64,000 nt of DNA from Deinococcota bacterium (GCA_041695225.1 JBGFRI010000035.1:1-64000); one strand, 5' to 3'. Positions 40,537 through 51,856 are shown, numbered from the stretch's first letter. Notes: generated from the letters alone by a model not told the origin. Numbers and translations: made by a program.

Positions 40537-41796
40537 TCAGTCCGACGCGACCTGCGGGGTGGGTAGGGGCGGCTCGACTTTGGGGGTAGGCTCGAGGGCC
40601 AGTACTCTGGGCCAGGGAAAGCGGATTAAAACCAGCGCGGCCGCCAGGGTCAGTAGCCCCATCACTGCGATGCCCGAGCGAGCGCCCAGGGCGTCAATCA
40701 AAAAACCAGAAAGATAGGCGCCCAGCGGCCCTGAGCCGAGCAAGACCATCGCGTAGACCGACATCACCCTGCCCCTCAGGCTATCGGGGGTAATCAGCTG
40801 TACGGTGGTATTTGAGTTAATCAACGTGACAATCATTCCAAGCCCCCCAACCGCCAGCACGACCGCCACCCAGATGGTAGGCAGGGGCAGGGCCAGGGTA
40901 ATCAGGGCTGCGGCCAGCAGGATACTGCCAAACACCGCCCAGATCGGGCGGGCTTTTGAGGAAACAGCCTGCACCATGGCGGCGGCAATGGACCCCAGCC
41001 CTACCGACGACATTAAGAGACCGAAGCCCTGGGCATCGAGGCCCAGTTCCAGGCGGGCATACGAAGGCACCATAATCTGAAAGTTCATACCAAACAGGCT
41101 GGTCAGGCCCACCAGCAGCACCACCTGACGCATTAGCGGGTGCCTCCAGACGAAGCGCACACCCTCGATGGCATCTTCGAGCACCTGGCCACGTCGGGGT
41201 AAGGGACGGCGGCTTGGCGCGAAAACCAGCACCCCAATGAGGGGAATGAAGGAGAGGGCGTTGACCAGATAGCTCCAGCTCAAGCCAAAGCCAGCAATCA
41301 GCAGGCCAGCCAGGGCCGGCCCAAGCAGACGCGAGGTATTGAACCCGAAGGAGTTTAGCGCAATGGCCCCCGGATAGCGCTCGCGGCCTGCTATCTCGAC
41401 GGTGAAGGCCTGGCGCACGGGCAGGTCTACGGCATTGAAGATGCCGTACAAAAAGGCAAACACCAGTACGTGCTCGTAGCGCACCAGGCCGGTCACAATC
41501 AAGACAAACATGCCCAAGGCCAGCACCGCCATGCCCCCCTGGGTGATAAAGAGCAGGTTGCGCCGGCTGTAGCGGTCCGAGACCACCCCCGCCGGAAGGG
41601 AGAAGAGCAGCGAGGGCAGAAACTGTAGAGCAATTACCAGGCCCAGCCGCTCGGCGCTTCCGGTGAGCTCGAGCACCAGCCAGCCCTGGGTAGCAGCCTG
41701 CATCCAGGTGCCCATCTGAGAGAGAAATAGTGCGATCCAGTAGGTTCGGTATGGAGGGTCCCGCAACAGGGCTAGCGCCAGCACAAACCCCATCAT
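40537..41796 (-). CDS. MFS transporter
   Basis: About 12 TM segments, SDRYSRR motif A, LRGRVMS. Confidence 0.93.
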   Translation of the reverse strand: MMGFVLALALLRDPPYRTYWIALFLSQMGTWMQAATQGWLVLELTGSAERLGLVIALQFLPSLLFSLPAGVVSDRYSRRNLLFITQGGMAVLALGMFVLIVTGLVRYEHVLVFAFLYGIFNAVDLPVRQAFTVEIAGRERYPGAIALNSFGFNTSRLLGPALAGLLIAGFGLSWSYLVNALSFIPLIGVLVFAPSRRPLPRRGQVLEDAIEGVRFVWRHPLMRQVVLLVGLTSLFGMNFQIMVPSYARLELGLDAQGFGLLMSSVGLGSIAAAMVQAVSSKARPIWAVFGSILLAAALITLALPLPTIWVAVVLAVGGLGMIVTLINSNTTVQLITPDSLRGRVMSVYAMVLLGSGPLGAYLSGFLIDALGARSGIAVMGLLTLAAALVLIRFPWPRVLALEPTPKVEPPLPTPQVASD

Positions 41797-41822
41797 ACCC
41801 CTAAACTGACCGGCGGGTCAGT

Positions 41823-42494
41823 TCAAGGTTGGCGCAGAAGGGCAAGCCAATTTTCCAGGCTCTCCCGGATGCGCTTGAAGTGTTGCAAAAGGGCCTCGGC
41901 AGCCTCGTCTGAGTTGCGTGACTCGAGAGCCTCGAAAATCGCCAGGTGCTCCGTAAAACCCAGCTCCAGTTGAACCAGACTGCGACTGACCGAGTCCTGG
42001 GCCAGGAGCGACTGGTCTTTCAACAGACCCACCATACGCCCTAAAGCATGGTTGTGGCTCAGGCTGCCCAGCAGTTTGTGGAACTCTAGATCGGAGGCCA
42101 GATAGCCCCTGAAGTTAGCTTTCTGGATACTCAGCTGCTGGGAGTGTAAAACCTGTTTCAGTGCAGCAAAGTCGGCGTCGGTGGCGCGGACCGCGCCCAG
42201 GCGCACCGAGGCTAACTCCAGTACCTCTCGAGCCTCGAGCAGTTGCAGCGCGTCCTCGAGGCCAAACTGGGCTACTACCGCCCCTTTGCGGGCCTCCTCC
42301 CAGGCCAGGCCGTCGGCCACCAGTTGCAGCACAGCTTCGCGCACCGGACTGCGGGAAACACCCAGCTGACGAGAAATCTCCGGGACGCTCAGCGGCTGGC
42401 CCGGCAGCAGCTTGCCGCTAAGAATATCGCGGTGTAGAAGTTCATACACTTTGTCTACGAGTCGCTCCGAGTGCAGTTTGACCTGGGGTTTCAT
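41823..42494 (-). CDS. GntR/FadR-family transcriptional regulator
   Basis: LGVSRSPVREA HTH, FCD domain DLEFH...EHLAI. Confidence 0.95.
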   Translation of the reverse strand: MKPQVKLHSERLVDKVYELLHRDILSGKLLPGQPLSVPEISRQLGVSRSPVREAVLQLVADGLAWEEARKGAVVAQFGLEDALQLLEAREVLELASVRLGAVRATDADFAALKQVLHSQQLSIQKANFRGYLASDLEFHKLLGSLSHNHALGRMVGLLKDQSLLAQDSVSRSLVQLELGFTEHLAIFEALESRNSDEAAEALLQHFKRIRESLENWLALLRQP

Positions 42495-42539
42495 AGAAGG
42501 GCTCACACAGTACTGCCACTGGCTTCTTAGGTCTGTCTC

Positions 42540-42568
42540 TTGACATACTTACATGTAATATGTAGTCT
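42540..42568 (+). promoter_or_regulatory. sigma-A promoter of the TAXI-TRAP operon with overlapping palindromic operator
   Basis: TTGACA-17 nt-TAGTCT; ACATA-c-TTACATGTAA-TATGT palindrome in the spacer; divergent GntR gene. Confidence 0.8.
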
Positions 42569-42667
42569 GTCCACAGCCGGAAGTGCAACTCTAAGCCCTG
42601 TCACGCCAAACCGATGACTCGGGTGTTTTGTTTATAGTTCAGTCCGGTCATCAGGAGGATGCTTACC

Positions 42668-43669
42668 ATGAAACTTTGGAAACTTGTAACGGTGTTTTCG
42701 CTGCTGGTAATGGGCAGTGCGCTGGCCCAGGAGCGGGCCAGGGTGGTCATTCCCACCGGTGGAGTGGGCGGGGTGTTTTTCTTTTATGGTCAGGCCCTGG
42801 CGAAAATTCTTACCGAGGCCGGAGTGGCCGATGCCACCGCCCAGCAGACGGGCGGCTCCTACGACAACCTCTTACTGCTGCGGGACCGGACCAACCCTGC
42901 CGCCAACACCTTCTTCTGTGCCCTGTCTACCATTGACGCAGTAAAGCTCTCCTTCACTGGTCAGGAGCGCCGCTTTGCTGGTCGCCCCGCCGACATGCAG
43001 CGCATCATGTTTTATATGTACCCCAGCCTGATTCACATTGTCACCACCGAGGGTTCCGGCATTCGCTTTGTCGCCGACCTGCGGGGCCGGCGGGTCTCAA
43101 CTGGGGTACCGGGTTCTTCGACCGAAAACCTGGCCTTAATGGTCATGCGCGGCGCGGATCTGGATGTGCGCGAACTGCGTACGCAGGAGCGTCTGGGAGC
43201 CGCTGAGTCGGCCCGCGCACTGGTTGAAGGAAGAATTGACGCCTACTTCTGGGTAGGGGGCGTGCCAACCTCTAGTGTGGTGGAAGCTGCCCAGGGGCTG
43301 ACCCGCCGGGGCGACCGGATCCGCCTGGTAGACGTTCCCCGCGCTGGCCCTACTGCCCAACTGCTGATGCGCGAGTTCCCCGGTATCGTCTCGACGGGTA
43401 CCTTGCAGCGTGAAGTCTACGGAACCCGGGAAAATCACTTTGTTCTCTACACCGGCAATGTCTTCCTCTGCCCCGCCTCGATGCCCGACGACCTGGCCGC
43501 CGGAATCATGCGTGCGGTTTTTGGTAACCTGCCAACCCTGACCGCAGCTACCGCTGCTGCCCGCGATACCACCATTGCCAACACGGTCAGCCTGGTAAAC
43601 CAGAGGTTTATAGTCCCGTTCCACCCCGGTGCATTGCGCTATCTGCGCGAGGTTGGGGCCATCCGCTAG
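42668..43669 (+). CDS. TAXI-family TRAP solute-binding protein
   Basis: Signal peptide, TGGVGGVF, TGGSYDN, PFHPGALRY. Confidence 0.93.
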   Translation: MKLWKLVTVFSLLVMGSALAQERARVVIPTGGVGGVFFFYGQALAKILTEAGVADATAQQTGGSYDNLLLLRDRTNPAANTFFCALSTIDAVKLSFTGQERRFAGRPADMQRIMFYMYPSLIHIVTTEGSGIRFVADLRGRRVSTGVPGSSTENLALMVMRGADLDVRELRTQERLGAAESARALVEGRIDAYFWVGGVPTSSVVEAAQGLTRRGDRIRLVDVPRAGPTAQLLMREFPGIVSTGTLQREVYGTRENHFVLYTGNVFLCPASMPDDLAAGIMRAVFGNLPTLTAATAAARDTTIANTVSLVNQRFIVPFHPGALRYLREVGAIR

Positions 43670-43794
43670 GTTACCGATTGCTTGCTGACAGTTTCGCCCA
43701 ATATGCCTGATCTCTACTGGGGTGGCCGGGTTCAGGTCACCCCAGCCCCTCGCGGGAGTCGGACCTGGTTACTGCCCTTGCTAGAGGAGGTTTA

Positions 43795-46155
43795 GTGGAA
43801 GAAATTCAAGATACACCCAAAAAAACCAGTCTGCTGGGGCGTATCACCTGGGTCGTGCTGTTTATTGCTGCCCTGTATAGCCTGTATGTGGTGGTGCATC
43901 CCTTTACGCCGCTGGCCGATCTCAGGATTAGTATCCTGGACATGGTACAGCTCGAGCGTGCGGTTCACGTTTTCTTGCTGATGTTCGCGGGCTATCTGAT
44001 CACTGCCCAGATTACCCCAGCCAAGCGCACTTTTGGCACCTGGGTGTTTGCCCTGCTCTCGTTTCCTTTCCTCTATATCTTCTGGATTTTTAATGCCCCT
44101 GGCGCAGAAATTCCGCTGATTGGCAAACTCATTGCCACCCTGGCCTTTGCTCTGGCCATTTTGCCTTTGTTGTTGCCGGGCATTCAGCGCTTCACCGATA
44201 TTTTCGCGGCCTTGTTTGCCATTGCCCCGGTAGTTTATCAGGTAGTCTTCTTTGAAGAGCTTATTTTCCGTGCGGTGATGCCCTCGGGCTGGGATATGGT
44301 AATGTCCTTCAGCCTGATCATGCTGGTGCTGGGGCTGGTCGCCCGTCTGCTGGGTGCAGTCATGCCGGCGCTGGTGATGATTTTTCTGGCCTATAACCTG
44401 CACGGCCACTACGTCCCCGGGCTTTTCCGGGGGGTGGAAAACAGCATAGATCTGGTTCTGGGTAAGATTTATAACGAGGCCGAGGCCGGCATATATGGCA
44501 TGATCACAGGGGTATCGGCCGAATACCTGGTTTACTTTACTATTTTGTCGGGCCTGATTGGCGCGCTGGGCCTGGGCCGGGTCATTGCCAATATCGCCAT
44601 GGCGCTGGTGGGCCGATCACCCCAGACCCCAGGCCGGGTTACTGGCATTGCTGCGGTATTTATGGGCATGTTCAGTGGTTCGGCAGCCGCCGATACCCAG
44701 TTTGTAGCTACTCTGACCAAGCCGCTGTACGAAAAGGCCAACTACGACAAGCTGGTAGGAGCCGGTCTGGTTGCTACTGCTGGCAGCATTGCCCTGATCA
44801 CCCCTCCGGTGCTGGGTAGTATCGCTTTCATCATGGTGGAAATCCTGCAGATCAGCTATCTGTGGGTGGTCATCATGTCTATTGGCCCGATGCTCTTGTA
44901 CCTGCTCTCGGTGCTCAGCTTCAATGAGTTTTACTCGCGCAAAGCCAAACTTCAGCCAGTGGGCGACGATTCGCTGCGACGCAGATATGCACTGCGTTAC
45001 AGCACCATTTTTATTCCTATTGTTTTGATCATTACCCTGTTGTTTCTGGGAACCTCGGTCTCGACGGCCGTATACCTGGCCACTCTGTCATTTGTGCTGG
45101 TCTGCTACCTGGACCCCACCTTGCGCCCCGAGCCGCTAGACCGGGTTATGCGTAGCCCTTCTTACAGACTGGGCCTTCCACTGGGCATCGGTCTGGGGTT
45201 TGCTGGCCTCACCATTCCCTTTTTCCTGGGCTGGGAGGTGGGCCACGTCCCGGTGGCTCCCCTTACCCTGGCCTTTTTGGGTTTTTTGCTGGGAACCTTC
45301 GTCTATCCCTCCGTGGCCAATGGTAGCTTCCGTGGGGCAATGGAGCCCCTGGCCCTTGGGCTGGCGAATGGTTTTCGCCAGCTAATTCCCATCGGTACGG
45401 CAGTAGTGGCGGCCAACTTAATCTTCGGAATGATGGTAATCTCGGGCCTGCCCGCCAAGTTCACCATTTTTGTGGGGCAGATCTCGGGGGAGAGCCTGCT
45501 GGTAGCAACGCTGTTTGCCGCCTTCTTCAGCCTTATTCTGGGCCTGGGGCTGCCCCCTACCGCCACCTATGTGATGGCGGCCTCACTTACTGCGCCGGCC
45601 ATCATCATGCTGGCCTCGGACAACTACCAGGCCTACGGACTCTCCCCCGAACAGGCCATGATGGCAGCCACCCTGGCTACGCATATGTTCCTCTTCTATT
45701 ACGCGGTGGTGATGGATGTCACCCCGCCGGTGGGCCTTTCGGCCTATGCCTCGGCCTCGGTCTTCCGAACCGACCCCATCATGACCGGGGTCTACGCCGC
45801 CAAAGTGGCTTTGCCCAAGTACATTTTTGGCTTTTTCTTCCTGCTGACCTTTACCGGAACCGGGCTGCTGATCTTGCCCATTCTGCAGAACATGCCTGGC
45901 TGGGAGGGCTGGTTGATTATCATTGAGCGCTTCATCTTTACGGCCGCGGCCATAGTCTTGCTCTCTGCCTCCACGGTGGGCTACGCCCGCCGCAGACTGA
46001 AACGCTGGGAGACCTGGGTGCTGGGCCTGCTGGCTGTGACGCTGTTTTATCCCTTCCCCAACATCTGGGTACCCACGTTAGTCCTGCTGCTTGGCCTGAC
46101 CTTCTTTGTACGCAAAGAACCCCAGGCCGCGACTGCCACGCAGGCCGCTGACTAG
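43795..46155 (+). CDS. TRAP transporter fused permease (4TM/12TM)
   Basis: ITPPVLG, LGLGLPPTATY, VTPPVGL. Confidence 0.93.
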   Translation: MEEIQDTPKKTSLLGRITWVVLFIAALYSLYVVVHPFTPLADLRISILDMVQLERAVHVFLLMFAGYLITAQITPAKRTFGTWVFALLSFPFLYIFWIFNAPGAEIPLIGKLIATLAFALAILPLLLPGIQRFTDIFAALFAIAPVVYQVVFFEELIFRAVMPSGWDMVMSFSLIMLVLGLVARLLGAVMPALVMIFLAYNLHGHYVPGLFRGVENSIDLVLGKIYNEAEAGIYGMITGVSAEYLVYFTILSGLIGALGLGRVIANIAMALVGRSPQTPGRVTGIAAVFMGMFSGSAAADTQFVATLTKPLYEKANYDKLVGAGLVATAGSIALITPPVLGSIAFIMVEILQISYLWVVIMSIGPMLLYLLSVLSFNEFYSRKAKLQPVGDDSLRRRYALRYSTIFIPIVLIITLLFLGTSVSTAVYLATLSFVLVCYLDPTLRPEPLDRVMRSPSYRLGLPLGIGLGFAGLTIPFFLGWEVGHVPVAPLTLAFLGFLLGTFVYPSVANGSFRGAMEPLALGLANGFRQLIPIGTAVVAANLIFGMMVISGLPAKFTIFVGQISGESLLVATLFAAFFSLILGLGLPPTATYVMAASLTAPAIIMLASDNYQAYGLSPEQAMMAATLATHMFLFYYAVVMDVTPPVGLSAYASASVFRTDPIMTGVYAAKVALPKYIFGFFFLLTFTGTGLLILPILQNMPGWEGWLIIIERFIFTAAAIVLLSASTVGYARRRLKRWETWVLGLLAVTLFYPFPNIWVPTLVLLLGLTFFVRKEPQAATATQAAD

Positions 46156-46255
46156 GTGCTGGTTCGGACGTGTGCAGGGACGAGACGGGATCTACGTAAC
46201 GCTCTAAGGTGGCAGAAGCACCTCAGGTTCATTTAGCAAAGGCTAGACTCGGGGT

Positions 46256-46588
46256 ATGTTGACGCTGATGCGCCGGGCTGGCTTTCGCTTTTATGTCAAA
46301 TCGGGCAGCGCCCAGGAAAAGCCCCACATTTTCGTGACCCGCGATGGGGACTCCTGGGCAAAGTTCACCTTGGGGCCGGTGGCTCTGGTAGTGAATACTG
46401 GCATTGGCCGCAACGAGCTAACCCGGCTGCAAGGGGTGGTGACCGAGCTGGAGCCCCAACTTTTGCAGCAATGGAAAGAGTATGCGGGCAGCCAGGGGGT
46501 TAGGCTCGAGGCCAAGAAGTCACATAAACAGCCTCCCAAGCCCACCCCAGCCGAGGCGACGCCTCCAGCTGATCTACCCCAGGGTTAA
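46256..46588 (+). CDS. DUF4160-like protein
   Basis: GFRFY..EKPHIFV...AKF.L.PV...QWKEY; TAGACT+6 nt before ATG. Confidence 0.8.
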   Translation: MLTLMRRAGFRFYVKSGSAQEKPHIFVTRDGDSWAKFTLGPVALVVNTGIGRNELTRLQGVVTELEPQLLQQWKEYAGSQGVRLEAKKSHKQPPKPTPAEATPPADLPQG

Positions 46589-46668
46589 GGGAGGTTTGCG
46601 GTGGTCGAGCGCTTGTTGTCTCAGTTCGACTCCGTTGCAGCTAACTTCTGGTATACTGCCCAAAGCAG

Positions 46669-47604
46669 ATGATGCAGGTCTTTACCGGAGACAGCTTTCT
46701 GGCTAAAGAGGCCCTGTTGCAAGAGGCCGGCTTGCAGGGTCTGCCCCAGCGCCTAATGCCCCCCGAGCCAGCCCTGGTGGCCCAGGAGGCCAGGGGTGGG
46801 CTCTTTGGCCCGAGCGGGGCCGTGGTTGATCTGCGCGACCTGACGGAGGCCGAATGGAAGCCTCTCAAGGAAGTGTTGGAGGCCCTGCCGTCAGATGTAG
46901 TGGTACTTCTGCTCGACCCCAGGCCAACCTCTGCGCGTAACAAGTGGTATGCCGATAAAGTCCACAAGCGTGATTTCCCCACCCCCAGCCCCAAGGAAAT
47001 GTCCAACTGGGTTATCAACCGCGCACGCTACTACAACCTTAAGCTGCCGGGGGCCATCGCCTCGTACCTGGCAGGTCTGGTAGGGGCCAAGGGCAGCGCT
47101 GAGAACCCCGCAATGGGGCTGGAAGCCCTCGACCAGGAATTGAAGAAGCTCAGGCTTGTATCAGAGCCCATTACACGAAAGAAATTGCAAGCCCTGGTGG
47201 CGCTGGACACGCCCATTTCTGGCTTCGACCTGGTGCGTGCTACCACCGAGGGCCGGCCGACCCAGGCCTTCAAATATGCTTTAGAGCTGCTCGAGCGGGG
47301 TGAAGACCCCTTGCGAATTTTAGGAGCGCTCTCCTGGCAGTATGTGCGCGTAGCTAAGGCATGGGCCTTGCTGCAGGATGACCCGCTGATGGGGGAGGGG
47401 ATGGCTGCTAGCGCCCTGGGAATGCACCCCTACGTTGCCAAACAGACCCTGCTGCTGGCCAAAAAGGTCTCTGGCGAGAGGGCCCGAAAAGCCCTGGAAA
47501 TCCTGATGGATGCAGAAGAAGCGGCTAAAACCGGTAAGGATATGCGACTGGCTTTGGAACGGGCCCTGGTTGCACTAACCGCGCTTGGGACAAAGCAGCC
47601 CTGA
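46669..47604 (+). CDS. holA: DNA polymerase III delta subunit
   Basis: FTGDSFLA, GLFG, ELKKL, GMHPY, AKTG...LERAL. Confidence 0.9.
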   Translation: MMQVFTGDSFLAKEALLQEAGLQGLPQRLMPPEPALVAQEARGGLFGPSGAVVDLRDLTEAEWKPLKEVLEALPSDVVVLLLDPRPTSARNKWYADKVHKRDFPTPSPKEMSNWVINRARYYNLKLPGAIASYLAGLVGAKGSAENPAMGLEALDQELKKLRLVSEPITRKKLQALVALDTPISGFDLVRATTEGRPTQAFKYALELLERGEDPLRILGALSWQYVRVAKAWALLQDDPLMGEGMAASALGMHPYVAKQTLLLAKKVSGERARKALEILMDAEEAAKTGKDMRLALERALVALTALGTKQP

Positions 47605-48023
47605 CCGGGCAGTCTGCTGCCCCGGAACCCAGCAGTGGTTGCAAGAAAGTCGCTATTGCTACACCGTCGAGCAGCCAGGCTGCGATCTGGGCTGTCTGGC
47701 CCGGTTGTCGCGATGAGCGGCTCGGATACCAGCACACAGTATGGGCATATGAGGGCGCTGGCCCTGACTATCCATGATGGTAATGAGGCTGAGATGGCTC
47801 CTTTTGTCAACCTGAGCGCTGCCGGGGCTTACACGTCTGGCTTAAGAGTGACCAGCTGGCTAATGAGCGGCAGGCTGGTGAGCAGGAAAAGGGTGACCCT
47901 GGACTCAGGGGGACGTAGAAACTGGGCTTTGCCCTTTAGTCTGGTAGATTTTGCCCCTTTGCTACTGGATAGTGTCAGGGGTCTGTATGTAAGAAAAGTT
48001 GAGTGTTATATTGGCAACTAGGT

Positions 48024-48248
48024 ATGACCGCGCTCGAGTGGATCAAACAAATGCTGGAGGTCAATCGCGATGCCTTGCAGCAGATGCCTTTCCCGCCTGG
48101 TCTGGCGGAGTATGTGGACGAACTGGTAAAGTCGGGCCAGACCGAACAAATCATCGCACTGATGAAGATGGGTTTTCTGATCGGTATCCAGCAAGGTGCA
48201 AAAGGTGAGGAACCTCCCGCCCCTTTGCACAGCCGTATTCAGGCATAG
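48024..48248 (+). CDS. ddrH: DdrH-like small protein
   Basis: EW..QM.....L..MPFPPGL.EY..EL...G..EQI..LM.MG...G.Q and C-terminal IQA recall Deinococcus DdrH. Confidence 0.7.
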   Translation: MTALEWIKQMLEVNRDALQQMPFPPGLAEYVDELVKSGQTEQIIALMKMGFLIGIQQGAKGEEPPAPLHSRIQA

Positions 48249-48638
48249 CCAGGCCGCCAAAAAAGCACCGCAGCCTGAGCCGCTGCCCCAGCATCCGAGT
48301 GCCTACAAAACATTCTCTTCTGCCTGGACTGTAGTCTCCGGTCAGCCTGTTTTCGCTGACCTGGACCGGTCTAAGCGCCTCTTGGCCGTGTCGTTGGCCT
48401 GCCTGCATCCTCCTGCACCCAGACAGACCTTCCCCGTCTCAGGCCCTAGCTACTGTACCCTGGTGACTGGCGGTACTGGGCAGGATAGGTTGCTACTGCT
48501 ACATGCCTACACAAAGACACCCCATAGACCCACGATTACCTGTCCCACTCATCACTTTCGCTGCTTTCATCGTCAGGAACTTCAGTCTAGTCAGATTTGA
48601 AGGTATCAGTGCTCAAAAACTCTGAGCACAGGGCGAGT

Positions 48639-49586
48639 TCAGGTCTGGTAGCACCCCAGCCCTCTGAACCTGCGGTAACGGTCTTCGAACAGTTCTTCGG
48701 GTCCCAGGTCTGAGAGCTCGTCCAGCGAGGCCAGCAGGGCCTGCTTGATATTGGCCAGGGTGACTGCCAGGCTGCGATGGGCGCCTCCGCCGGGCTCGGG
48801 GATGATTCTGTCTACGATGCCCAGGCTCAGGAGATCGGTGGCCGAAAGCTTAAGGGCCTCTGCTGCCCTGGGGGCTTCTTTGGCGTCGCGCCACAAAATG
48901 GCCGCGCAGGACTCGGGCGAAATTACCGAGTACCAGGCATTTTCTAGAATTAGCACCCGGTTGCCTACCCCGATGGCTAGGGCGCCACCCGACCCCCCCT
49001 CACCCAGAATTACTGCAACGGCCGGAACCCTGAGGCGGGCCATGCGCTGGATACTCTGGGCAATCACCCAGGCCTGGCCCCGTTCCTCGGCGGAGATGCC
49101 AGGATAGGCCCCGGGTGTATCAATGAAGGCGATAAAGGGGCGGCCAAAACGGTCGGCCAGATCCATCAGTCGCATGGCCTTGCGGTAACCCTCGGGGTGG
49201 GGCATGGCGAAATTGCGCCTGATGTTTTCCTTGGTATCGCGGCCTTTTTGGTGGCCCACCACCACCACCGAGGTGCCCTCCAGGTAGGCTAGTCCCCCCA
49301 CCACCGCAGGGTCCTCACCATAGGTGCGATCCCCCGATAGCTCCACAAAATCGTTCATAATGCCGCCAATTACGTCGAGGGTGGTAGGACGGCCGGGGGC
49401 TCGAGCCAGCTGTACCCGTTCCCAACGGGACAGGTTGGAGAAGGTTTCGTATTTGAGCTGCGCCAGGCGGCCGCGCAAGACGTGTAGCTCTCCTGACAGG
49501 TCCACCCCGCTCTGGGCGGCAAACCCCTCGAGCTCGGCTATTTTGGCCTCGAGCTCTTCAATGGGCTTTTCGAACTCAAGCGGCAT
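48639..49586 (-). CDS. accA: Acetyl-CoA carboxylase carboxyltransferase alpha
   Basis: [34 protein letters not shown]. Confidence 0.98.
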   Translation of the reverse strand: MPLEFEKPIEELEAKIAELEGFAAQSGVDLSGELHVLRGRLAQLKYETFSNLSRWERVQLARAPGRPTTLDVIGGIMNDFVELSGDRTYGEDPAVVGGLAYLEGTSVVVVGHQKGRDTKENIRRNFAMPHPEGYRKAMRLMDLADRFGRPFIAFIDTPGAYPGISAEERGQAWVIAQSIQRMARLRVPAVAVILGEGGSGGALAIGVGNRVLILENAWYSVISPESCAAILWRDAKEAPRAAEALKLSATDLLSLGIVDRIIPEPGGGAHRSLAVTLANIKQALLASLDELSDLGPEELFEDRYRRFRGLGCYQT

Positions 49587-49681
49587 GGGGGTTTCCTCTG
49601 AAAATCTCGAGGGGTGAGCGAAGACGGCCCAGGGTAGTGCTCGAAGGCTGACCCCCAGGGCGGGCCTGTGGTACCTGAGAC

Positions 49682-50536
49682 CTATACGGCATGCTTCACC
49701 GTCCTGGGGTGCAACAGCCTGAGGGTGGTGGCCAGGGTTTCTTTGAGCTGGCGGCGGTTTACCACCTGGTCTACCATGCCGTGTTTGAGCAGAAACTCCG
49801 AACGCTGAAAGCCCTCGGGCAGGTCCTGGCGGATGGTCTGTTTGATCACCCGTGGCCCAGCAAAGCCAATCAGAGCATCGGGTTCGGCCAAGATCACGTC
49901 GGCAATGGCCGCGAAGCTGGCGGTCACCCCGCCGGTAGTAGGGTCGGTGAGGATGGAGACATAGGGCAGTTTTTTGGCCCACAGCCGGTCCAGGGCGAGG
50001 GTGGTTTTGGCCATCTGCATCAGTGAGAGGGCGGCTTCCTGCATGCGGGCGCCACCCGAGACAGCCACAATCACCACCGCACGGTCTTCCTGGGCGGCCA
50101 GTTCGATGCCCCGGGTGATCTCCTCACCCACCACGCTGCCCATTGAACCCCCCGCAAAGGCGTAGTCCATTACCAGTAGCACACTGGGCACGCCCCCAAT
50201 GCTACACCGCCCTCCAACGATGGCATCGGGCCGCCCGGCTTCTTTCTGGTAGCGCTCGAGGCGTCTGGTGTAAGGTTCGGTGTCGTGAAACCCCAGGGGG
50301 TCGGTGGGTTTGAGGCCGGTGATCTGCTCGAAGCTACCCGCGTCGGCCAGCATCTCGATGCGCTTGTCAGCAGACAGCCGCAGGTGGTGCCCGCACTTGG
50401 GGCATACGTGAAGGGTGGTCTCGAGGTCTTTCTTGTAAATCTGCGCGTCGCACTTGGGGCACTTGACCCACAGCTCGGGAACGTCCCGCGCCTCCCCTTG
50501 TACCCGGCGACGGCGGAAAAGCCGCTCTAAGGCCAT
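49682..50536 (-). CDS. accD: Acetyl-CoA carboxylase carboxyltransferase beta
   Basis: [33 protein letters not shown]. Confidence 0.98.
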   Translation of the reverse strand: MALERLFRRRRVQGEARDVPELWVKCPKCDAQIYKKDLETTLHVCPKCGHHLRLSADKRIEMLADAGSFEQITGLKPTDPLGFHDTEPYTRRLERYQKEAGRPDAIVGGRCSIGGVPSVLLVMDYAFAGGSMGSVVGEEITRGIELAAQEDRAVVIVAVSGGARMQEAALSLMQMAKTTLALDRLWAKKLPYVSILTDPTTGGVTASFAAIADVILAEPDALIGFAGPRVIKQTIRQDLPEGFQRSEFLLKHGMVDQVVNRRQLKETLATTLRLLHPRTVKHAV

Positions 50537-51342
50537 AGCGCCCTATCTTATACCAGACCTGCGCCCGGATAACACCAGACTAGACTGGCGAACTGGGGTG
50601 GCACACTAGCGCCATCCCCTTGCCGTGCTATTCAGTGCGACCGAGGGGCGCTTCTATAACTCTTTGGGTAAGGCACACCTAGACTGAGTTTAGACCCCAT
50701 AATGAGAGTCGCACCAATGCCGCCTTGTTTGGACGGGGTTCAATTTTACACGGCGCCTTAAATTGTGGCCCCTCGCTATCTCCAGTGGGTACCAAAGTCG
50801 ACCCGTGCACCAGGATGCGGTTGTGGGTCTCGAGATAGCACCGGGCCCAAAGTCCTCGAAGATATCGCGAGGCGTAGCCGCGCCGGATCGAACCCATAAC
50901 GGATTACCTAACAAGAAACTCCCTCCCGTTTTGCCGCACCGCTGCGGGTAGCTCCTGAAAAGCTCACTTTACCTAAGAAGCTATGGATGGATTGCGAGCC
51001 GAGGGCCAGAAGTGTTCATGGAAGCGCAAATGCACCAGGTTGCGGCTTCAACCCCCCACCCTTCCCTCCCCCACAAGGGGGGAGGAGTTACTGGCAACTT
51101 TTTCTTGTACCTTCTGAAAAAGGCCCTAGTCAGAAACTCCCTTCTGATTCGTCGCTATGGGTGCAAGCTGTTCATGGAAAACTTGCACTATGGAACAAGA
51201 CCTAAGGCTTTATCCAAAAGCTGTCGGACCTCATGTACTAAGCTAGTTCCTCAAACGGTGGCCCTTGGCTCCCGACCGCCCTGCGAGGCTCAGGTGAACC
51301 CACACGGATCAGTGAGGAGCCAAAAAGTCAGAGTCAGGCCAC

Positions 51343-51732
51343 CTAACTACTGGCCTTGGTGTTTTGTGGCAAAGCCCTGGGCTCGCCGGTCTGGCTGCGG
51401 CCCACGAAAATTGCACCCGCCTCCACATCCAGCGACATGGCCCGCACATCCCCCTCTACCCGTGCGCTTTTGGTGATATGTAGTCTGCCGCTGGCGATTA
51501 CCTGGGCGCTAATCTGTCCGTGCACCAGGATATTGTTGGCTTTGACCAGCTCACCTTCAATCTGGGCGCTGCTTCCGACCTCGAGGTCGCCTTCAACCAC
51601 CACCGAGCCTTTGACCCTTCCATCAATGCGGGTGCTGCCGCCCGCCCTCAGACTGCCTTCGATCTCGCTGCCCTCACTCACATAGGTGAGCGCAGCCGGA
51701 TTGGGTTTACGTCCTCCGCCAAACACCGCCAT
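51343..51732 (-). CDS. Bactofilin (polymer-forming cytoskeletal protein)
   Basis: Beta-helix repeats IEGSL..RIDGRVKG..VEGDV..VEAGAIFVG. Confidence 0.92.
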   Translation of the reverse strand: MAVFGGGRKPNPAALTYVSEGSEIEGSLRAGGSTRIDGRVKGSVVVEGDLEVGSSAQIEGELVKANNILVHGQISAQVIASGRLHITKSARVEGDVRAMSLDVEAGAIFVGRSQTGEPRALPQNTKASS

Positions 51733-51856
51733 AGTCTACACCCCTGGTCTCAGCTACAAACAGTCCTAAGAAAGCAAGCCTACCCAACCGACCCATCATA
51801 TCCTGCCTGTTCAAGTCAAGCGGTTTTCCTCGCAATCAGCTTTGCTGGTCGGGATT

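Noticed and set aside
47981..47997. Possible DdrO/RDRM box upstream of ddrH
   Set aside because: GTCTGTATGTAAGAAAA deviates at several positions from the palindromic consensus.
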